Source: the human T2T-CHM13v2.0 reference genome, Homo sapiens. Taken from it: a stretch of DNA of 64,000 nt. Both the position numbers and the translations under genes were made by a program. Location: NCBI RefSeq assembly GCF_009914755.1, contig NC_060939.1. One strand, 5' to 3'. Positions 55,003-64,000 of the stretch are shown here, piece after piece. How positions within the stretch are numbered: position 1 is the stretch's first letter; each line of letters starts with the position of its first letter. The notes beneath the pieces are model-generated. The model ran no database searches and had not been told where the DNA came from. It saw nothing but the letters and a program-made list of their open reading frames with translations.

Positions 55003-57397
55003 AAAGAATTGACAGTCCTGTTAAATATTGCTCACCAAGAAGTTGACCAGGAAGAAGTATTTATTTCATGCAATTTTCCCAGTGTTTGAAGTTTTGAGAT
55101 ATTAAATCACTTAATATTATAGATAACATAGTACTTTTTGGCTGTTATCTCATGTCTGATCCCTGGCAGGTTATGAATAAAGATAATGTGATTTACATAT
55201 TTATTAGCTCCTTTTTTCACTAAAATAACAGCCCCACATCTCCCATAGCCCACAGTCTGCACTGACTGGCAAGGACATTTAAAATAAGACCTTGTCACAA
55301 ATTCTCATTTTATACTGGTCACAGTGATAGTGTGCATGAAATTATAATAGGGAATACTCCCAAGTCTGTGCTGAATATCAAGTTTAAGTGCAATGAGGTC
55401 ATTCGAAGAGTCTGTGATCCCTCTATAGAGGCAAGAAAGTCACTGATACCCCTGAACCCCATCTCAGGAACACAGTGGCCTAGATTGGCTTGCAGAACAA
55501 AGGTTCCGATTATAACTGCTCTGTCCAGAGGCTGTGGCATCAGTGCCCTTTGCAAAAGGGCCTGTCACCTGGAGTGGACATTAAACAGAGCAGCACTCTT
55601 TGCCTGGGGTCTTAATGCCCATGGTGGTTTGTTTGAATTTGAACTCCTCAGCAGAGTTCCAGTCATTCTCCTGGGAATATGGACTCCTTCAACTGAAAGG
55701 CACTGAACACAATTAATCTCCTTGTCTGGTTCCCTTTATCTTGTAGAAACATATGTGTATATAAAATTTCAACAAGGAGTTCTCCTATCAGACACAGAAG
55801 GACCTGCCATGTAGAAATTATTTGGCAAGGAAGTACAGGCATTTTGACTTAAGAAGGGCCTGAGAAGGCAGAGCTGTTCCCCTGGGAGGAGACCCCTGGT
55901 GCCTTTTTCTCCCCTAGAGCAGTGATGGTCGCCTGTGGGTGGAGAGACGATTGCAGGTAGACATAGGAGAAGAAAATGCTGAATGAATCTGAATTTTTAT
56001 TTTCTAAGTACATCTTTATGTTTAAATAAAATTTCTTGGACCAGCAGGTTTGTGGTGTCAGGAGTCCTTAAATAACTAAATAGTATTTCTAACTACTGAT
56101 GTTCTTGAGCAATGATGCAAGTATTATGTGAGTGGTGTAGCCTGTAATGGATCCACGTTACTGTAGAGAAGGATGTCTCTTTAACATTCTACTACTTGAC
56201 TGTAAATCCAGCAATCACCTTCCTCTTGCCTACTTCCCTGGGCATGGGAAGAACTGTAAAATCATATGGACATTTGGCACAAAGTTTCTTTGAGAGAGGT
56301 ATTTATTATCTCTTTTCTAAAAAGCCTGGAAGCAACTTTTTACCTACTGCAAAAGCAGGCGTCTTCTAAGAAGTCACACCAAACTTAATTTGAATCCTTA
56401 TCTAATGAGAGCATCTTAGAGCTACTTCAGAGATTTGTTGGAGACTCGGAAATCCTGTTTCTAGGCCATCAGTCCTCTCTGAGCTGTTTTAGGCAGAGAT
56501 TCATTCATTTACCCAGAGATTTGTTCTCACAAACAGAGAAAAGAATGAGACGCATGATATAAAACTCAAGATTGCTGGGTGTTGCTCCACAGGGCACGTA
56601 CTGATGGGTACGAAAGACCTTTGCTACAGGAAACTATTTGTTTTTCTTTGCTGCAACGATTGCAAATCTGGAATCTTCCAAACTGAGCTTGACTATCTAA
56701 GGTGGGGGGCCTCCCACAAATGTGTGGCCGTTTTAGAAGACGAAATACATTCTTTTCTTATTGTTTCCAGGCCTCACATGAGCTGGTGCCCTGTTTTGAC
56801 TACGTTTCTTTCTCCTTGAGTCATTCAAGCAGGTCTACAACTCCGACAGTAACAATGAGGCTTTCCCTTCATTATTTGACCTCCCAGCCAGAATCATGGT
56901 GCTTTAATGAGGGTCCCCATATCTCATTTGGCCCATCAAGGGTTTCTCTGAGATATCCAGTGACAGCCTTCAAAAAGCACAAGGGAAAGAGACCGTTGCC
57001 AAGCCCCAGGAGATCAAGTGAGGAGCAGGGGTTGCTACAGGAAAAGGTAAAGTTGGGATCGGGAGGCAGGTGGGAATCCGACCCTGAGAAAGGAGCGTCT
57101 GATTGCTTCAATCTCCATACCGCCCTCTCTTCTCCACCTAAAACAGAGAGAATTTTCTGTGTCTTTCCTCTCTGTTACCGTCTCAAAATTTTTTATATAA
57201 GAAATTTGGAAATTGAGTGTTTGTGTGTGTGAGTGCAAGAGAAAATAAAAAGAAATGAACATAACATGCATTATAAAGTACTTACTAAGCTCCTGTGCCA
57301 GTGTCCCCTGAATTTGAATTGTTCCTCTCTGGGGATTTGATGACGGGCCCCACACTGATGTGGGTAGGTAGCCTACAACCAGCTAATGGAAGCCAGG

Positions 57398-57791
<394 letters not shown>

Positions 57792-58513
57792 TAGGTTGAC
57801 AGCTGTATAGACCAACCTACTGGGAAAGAAAAATGACAAGAGTAATGAGAGTAACAGTAAGTACTCTACAACAACAGTAAGGAGATTACGCTTGTAGGTC
57901 AACTTCTCCAAACCTCAGCTTCTTCAGTTCAAGGTAAAGAAACTAATAGAATCTAAACCATAGGGCTGTCATGAAGATTAATTTATTAATATAAAGTTTT
58001 TAAGAGCATAAGTGCTCAGTAAATGCCAGCATTCATATTATAGCAACACAATATGGAAAAGATATAAATGAGGTCCTGTCTCCAGAAGCTTGACATCCAG
58101 TGGGAAAGCAGGAGTTATAATAAACAGGTGAAACATAGGGTAATTTCTGCAGTGGAGGTAAATGCATTTCAGAACTCAAGAGCTGTTCTTCCAAGTTTTC
58201 CCAAGAATAGGAAAATACTTCTCAGAGAGGGGGACATTTGAACTAGAATATCAAAGATGAGCAGCAGGGGGGCTTTCCACAGAGACAAGATGTAAGATCT
58301 TTTTTATTTTTATTTTTTTCAGACCAATAAAATAGAATGTGCAAAGGCGTATAGGAACAAGAGAACACTGGATTTGGGACAAGCCCAGATACTTCAGATC
58401 TCATCTTCTAAGCTTGCTCATTATGAGTCAAACACAAAATAAATCAGTGATATACTTTTTTTTAATTGCCAGAAACTTGAAAACACAGGCAGACAGAAAC
58501 CAATTCGTACTTC

Positions 58514-59340
58514 TTTTTTTTTTTTTAATGTTTTTTTTTTTTAATTATACTTTAAGTTTTAGGGTACATGTGCACATTGTGCAGGTTAGTTACATATGTA
58601 TACATGTGCCATGCTGGTGCGCTGCACCCACTAACGTGTCATCTAGCATTAGGTATATCTCCCAATGCTATCCCTCCCCCCTCCCCCGACCCCACCACAG
58701 TCCCCAGAGTGTGATATTCCCCTTCCTGTGTCCATGTGATCTCATTGTTCAATTCCCACCTATGAGTGAGAATATGCGGTGTTTGGTTTTTTGTTCTTGC
58801 GATAGTTTACCGAGAATGATGGTTTCCAATTTCATCCATGTCCCTACAAAGGACATGAACTCATCATTTTTTATGGCTGCATAATGGTGTATATGTGCCA
58901 CATTTTCTTAATCCAGTCTATCATTGTTGGACATTTGGGTTGGTTCCAAGTCTTTGCTATTGTGAATAATGCCGCAATAAACATACATGTGCATGTGTCT
59001 TTATAGCAGCATGATTTATAGTCCTTTGGGCATATACCCAGTAATGGGATGGCTGGGTCAAATGATATTTCTAGTTTCTAAATCCCTGAGGAATCACCAC
59101 ACTGACTTCCACAATGGTTGAACTAGTTTACAGTCCCACCAACAGTGTAAAAGTGTTCCTATTTCTCCACATCCTCTCCAGCACCTGTTGTTTCCTGACT
59201 TTTTAATGATTGCCATTCTAACTGGTGTGAGACGATATCTCATAGTGGTTTTGATTTGCATTTCTCTGATGGCCAGTGATGATGAGCATTTTTTCATGTG
59301 TTTTTTGGCTGCATAAATGTCTTCTTTTGAGAAGTGTCTG
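58514..59340 (-). mobile_element. Young L1 (L1HS/L1PA2 boundary) 3' ~800 bp
   Basis: Double poly-T tail; 3'UTR reads gatgacACGttagtgggtgcagcgcacc on the minus strand; ORF2 C-terminal peptide [21 protein letters not shown]...[14 protein letters not shown]. Confidence 0.96.
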
Positions 59341-59634
59341 AGAGAGGAGTTGATAATATCAGGCTTCTTGTTTAAAAGAAAGCATTGGATATTTCTACTC
59401 CTTAGCTATTATTTAGTTCCAGAGCAATAGAATCACATCAAATATGCTCTCTGGAAATTATTCTCATTAAGTAAACAATATACAAGATCTGAAACAAACC
59501 CTAAGACAGTCACGCTTAGTGTCACTAATGTCCAATTTAAAGTCAGAAGTCCAAGAAGGTATTTTTGTTTTATTTTAAAGAGTCCAGTCTGCCAGTTACA
59601 TACCGTTCAGTGTGCTGTGATATTATTTCCTACT

Positions 59635-60183
59635 TTATTTGTTGGGGTTCTCCAGAAAAACGGAAGAAATAGAACGCATATAGGGAAACAAATAGATTTA
59701 TTTTAAGGAATTGGCTCACATGATTATGGAGGCTGAGACAAGTCCCAAGATCTGCAGTCAGCAAGCTGGAGACCCAGGAGAGTCAATGATGTAATTTCCA
59801 GTCTGAGTCCAAAGGCCTGAAAACCAGGAGAGCCCATGTACAAGTTATAGTCTGAACGCTAGCAAGCTCAAAACCCCAGGAAGAGCCGGTGCTTCAGTTC
59901 AAGCCCAAAGGCAGGAAAAGGCCAAATTCCTTCCTTGAAAGCAATCAGGCAGAAGGTGTTCTCCTTACTCCTAGAGGAAGGAGCTGTCTTTCTATTCTAT
60001 TCAGGCCTTCAATGAATTGAATGAAACCCACCCTCATGAAGGAGGGCCATCTGCTTTAGTCTACTGATTCAAATGTTAACCTCATCTACAAACACCCTCA
60101 CAGGCACACTCAGAATAATGTATGACCAAGTATCGGGGAACCCCGTGGCCCAGTCAAGTTGACACATAAAATTTCCCACCACA
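59635..60183 (-). mobile_element. MLT2 (ERVL) solo LTR
   Basis: gggttctccagaaaaa...ggaattggctcacatgattatggaggctg...ggcccagtcaagttgacacataaaat. Confidence 0.88.
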
Positions 60184-61320
60184 CCTAATTAGTTAGTGTG
60201 ATGTATTGATCAGCAGTTGCATTCCATATGGTGGAATTTTTTCAGAAACTGTTAATTGCAACACTGAAGATAATTATTATACCTCACACTGAATGCATGA
60301 GATTTAAAGTCTGGAAAGACATCTCTGGCGTTCAGAAGACCTGATTTGCATTACCTTAACTTCCTGCATTTCTTACGATTCTGCAGCGAAGTCTAATGTG
60401 ACAGAAGATTATTAGAAGGGACACAAATATTTGTAATTTATAACAAGAAGGTCTGAGTATTTCAATAATGAGAGAGAGAAAAATACTGTGACATCAGAAG
60501 ACTTGACTTCGCTGAGTTTCCAAGGCAGTATGTGGCCATTCTTTATAAAATATGTATTATTAAAACCCTGATCCTGGATAGAGCAGACCTTTACATCTGC
60601 CCACATGGCACAAACAAAAACAAAGTCTTGGCAATCACTTCTCTGATCTGATTGATATAATCAGCGAATTCTGTTAATTTCGGGCTGAAGAGACTTTTCT
60701 TCATTCCTGCTTTACCAGTTCTCACTTTGCACATCAATCACATTAATTGGTTGATTGTGAGCTTTCCACTGAGCTTCCTGCTGTTAGAAATCCCCAGGGA
60801 GTTTCACTTAAGGAAAAAAAAGTGAAATGTCTACTGCAAGTATCCCCACACAGAGCTCTTTCCCAAAATGGGAAGAGAGACAAGACTTAAAATTTTTCTT
60901 CCCATGAAATGTCCATTTGATCCCTTCCTTTTGGACCTCATTTAATGCCACAGGACATAGGGTTCACTCTGGCCTCACCTCCTCTTTTTACTCCTGGCCA
61001 ACTGGTGAAACCCTGAGTCCAGAAGCCGAGGAGCCCCTCACCTTGTCTGAGCTGGAAGAGTCGCCCTCATGGGAGCAGTCACCTCCTAAACTGGATTGAT
61101 TTTCTTGTGGGTTTATGAAGAGGCTCCTCCAGGGTTGACACGTAAGGGAGGAAGGTTCCCCAAAGCAGCTCTGCTTCTAACGGAATCATATATAGGACTC
61201 CCGAAGAAGATTGTTGAGCAGGTGGATCCAAGACTACAAAAAGATTCTGGGCAATTACTTTTCAGTCTTCTTCCCCTCACTCCTCATGACTTTTGTTTGG
61301 AATGAATTAGTTGATGCTTC

Positions 61321-61722
61321 TGTATTAATTGAACTAGACTAAGTTAAACTGCGAAAACTCAACCCCTAGATCTCAGTGGCTTACCACAATGGTGGTCTGC
61401 TTCTTACTCATACCAACCTAGATGACCAGCATCGACAGGCAGCGAGTTCTGCTCCTTTGGATGCCCAGGGACCCAGGTGGACTGATGCTCCAGCCTGGAC
61501 TGAGAGTCTGGGTCCTCCATGCCACCACGGCAGGACAAGAGAGCGAATGAAGGTCCTGCCCTTTGGCAATTTAAAATCTACACCCCAGAAGTGGCAAACA
61601 CTACTTTCACTCACAGCTCATTGGCCAGAACAGTCACATGATTCCATCTCATGAAAAGAACTGGGAAGTGCAGGTGCCCAAGAGAAGAATGGGACATTTA
61701 CCACCCCTGGTAATGTTTACCA
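61321..61722 (-). mobile_element. Old MLT1 LTR
   Basis: tctcagtggctta...ctcattggccagaacagtcacatg motifs. Confidence 0.55.
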
Positions 61723-61792
61723 GAGCTTCTCTCTTTTCTTTTTCCCTTCACCCCAGACTCTTGACTTCCAAGGTCTTCTAACCTTCCTCTGA

Positions 61793-62192
<400 letters not shown>

Positions 62193-62496
62193 TAACAATT
62201 TGTTGACAATGCTCATGCACATTAGGTAGAAACAGAAGTCAATGAGAAGTGTAAGCATTCTGATTGCCTAGGATTTGTTGAAATGGCTCGTATGAATTGC
62301 TGTCAATGGTCTTCAGGCCCTGCCACTCTTGTGCTCATGTGTGTGCGAAAATGGTTCATTAACAAACCCTCTGGTCATGTTCAGTGCCACTGCACCTGTA
62401 TATATTGTAGCTCACAGGTAGGATTGATGTAGTCACAGTTAGACATGCCTCTATGTGATGCTCTATGTGTGTGTGTTGAAGGGAGGGGATTGGTAG

Positions 62497-62808
<312 letters not shown>

Positions 62809-62900
62809 GATTTTTAAATTTATAACACTCATTCCTGGCAGAGATCTGGGAGACAGGAGTGCTCATCTATTATAGGTCGGAGTGAACTTTAGTACATTTC

Positions 62901-63273
<373 letters not shown>

Positions 63274-64000
63274 TCAAAAGATTTAAAATTGCACATAAAC
63301 TTTGTTCTATTATTTCCATTTAAAAAATTTTCCTAGGAGAAAAAAGCAAAGATTTAGTTGTAAAGTTCTTCAGTATAGCATTATTTATTACAGGCTTGAA
63401 ACATGTTTAATATCCAGTGATAGGGAGTTAGTTAAATAAATCATTTCATATTATTGGACACTACCCAACAACTAAAGTTATGTTTTGGAAATATATCCAC
63501 TAACTGTGAAGATGTGCATGAGTTCATGAGTTATTATTATATGTTTCCATTTTGAAAACAACTACACATGCATGCACATGCCCATGCTTTACTTTTGCAT
63601 AAGGGTTGACTCTGGGTTCATTTTATCTTCTTGTTTTAATTTACCTGAAATTTCTTTCTAGCTCACCTACTTGTGTAAAAACACTATTTTGAAAAAACTT
63701 GAAATGTTGCACTTTGAAGGAGGCCCATGGGTGTGGAAGAGCTCTTATCAAGGAATTTGGCCCATTCACGCACCACCCCACTTACTCCTAAAGCCCCCAC
63801 AGATCTCATGAACACTTGGCAAAAGCTCTCTGTTCTTCTCTATTGTGTTTACCTAGCAAACATCCTCACACTTGAAGTTTACAGTCTCTCGCTTTTGTTA
63901 ATCTCAGTCTCTGACTACTTGAACACGAGTGCCCACAGAAGTCTCCTCCAGCTCCTCTCCCCAATACTTTTACTTTGGAACCCTTCTTTCTTGAACACAG

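Overview
Primate (most likely human) repeat-rich intergenic or intronic DNA. I find no credible intact protein-coding gene, RNA gene or CpG island; the ORF track consists of Alu/L1/LTR read-throughs and low-complexity artefacts. Supported content: a 5'-truncated processed THRAP3 pseudogene on the minus strand (~37.0-38.8 kb), 13 Alus, several L1 fragments (one young ACG/A-type, one 5'-inverted), solo LTRs (MER41, two MER21, MST, THE1, MLT1, MLT2, LTR16-like), an ERVL pol remnant, Charlie1/MER82/MER58/MER63-type DNA transposons and many MIR/L2 relics. The most striking feature is a ~3.4 kb strand-asymmetric G-rich compound repeat (43.55-46.99 kb). It starts at the 3' tail of a MIR, keeps triplet phase over long stretches, and contains a ~537-bp higher-order duplication, a 42-bp minisatellite and many PRDM9-type 13-mers. 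Local-copying events also occur: a 162-bp ~93% identical inverted pair 1.74 kb apart, a 47-bp L1-derived patch copied 3.17 kb away, a 57-bp-arm palindrome around a minisatellite, and template-switch hairpins. A very decayed hnRNP A/B-like retrocopy is possible at ~18.6-19.3 kb. I cannot support a new multi-gene system. Repeat subfamily names come from remembered consensus sequences and need RepeatMasker/Dfam confirmation.
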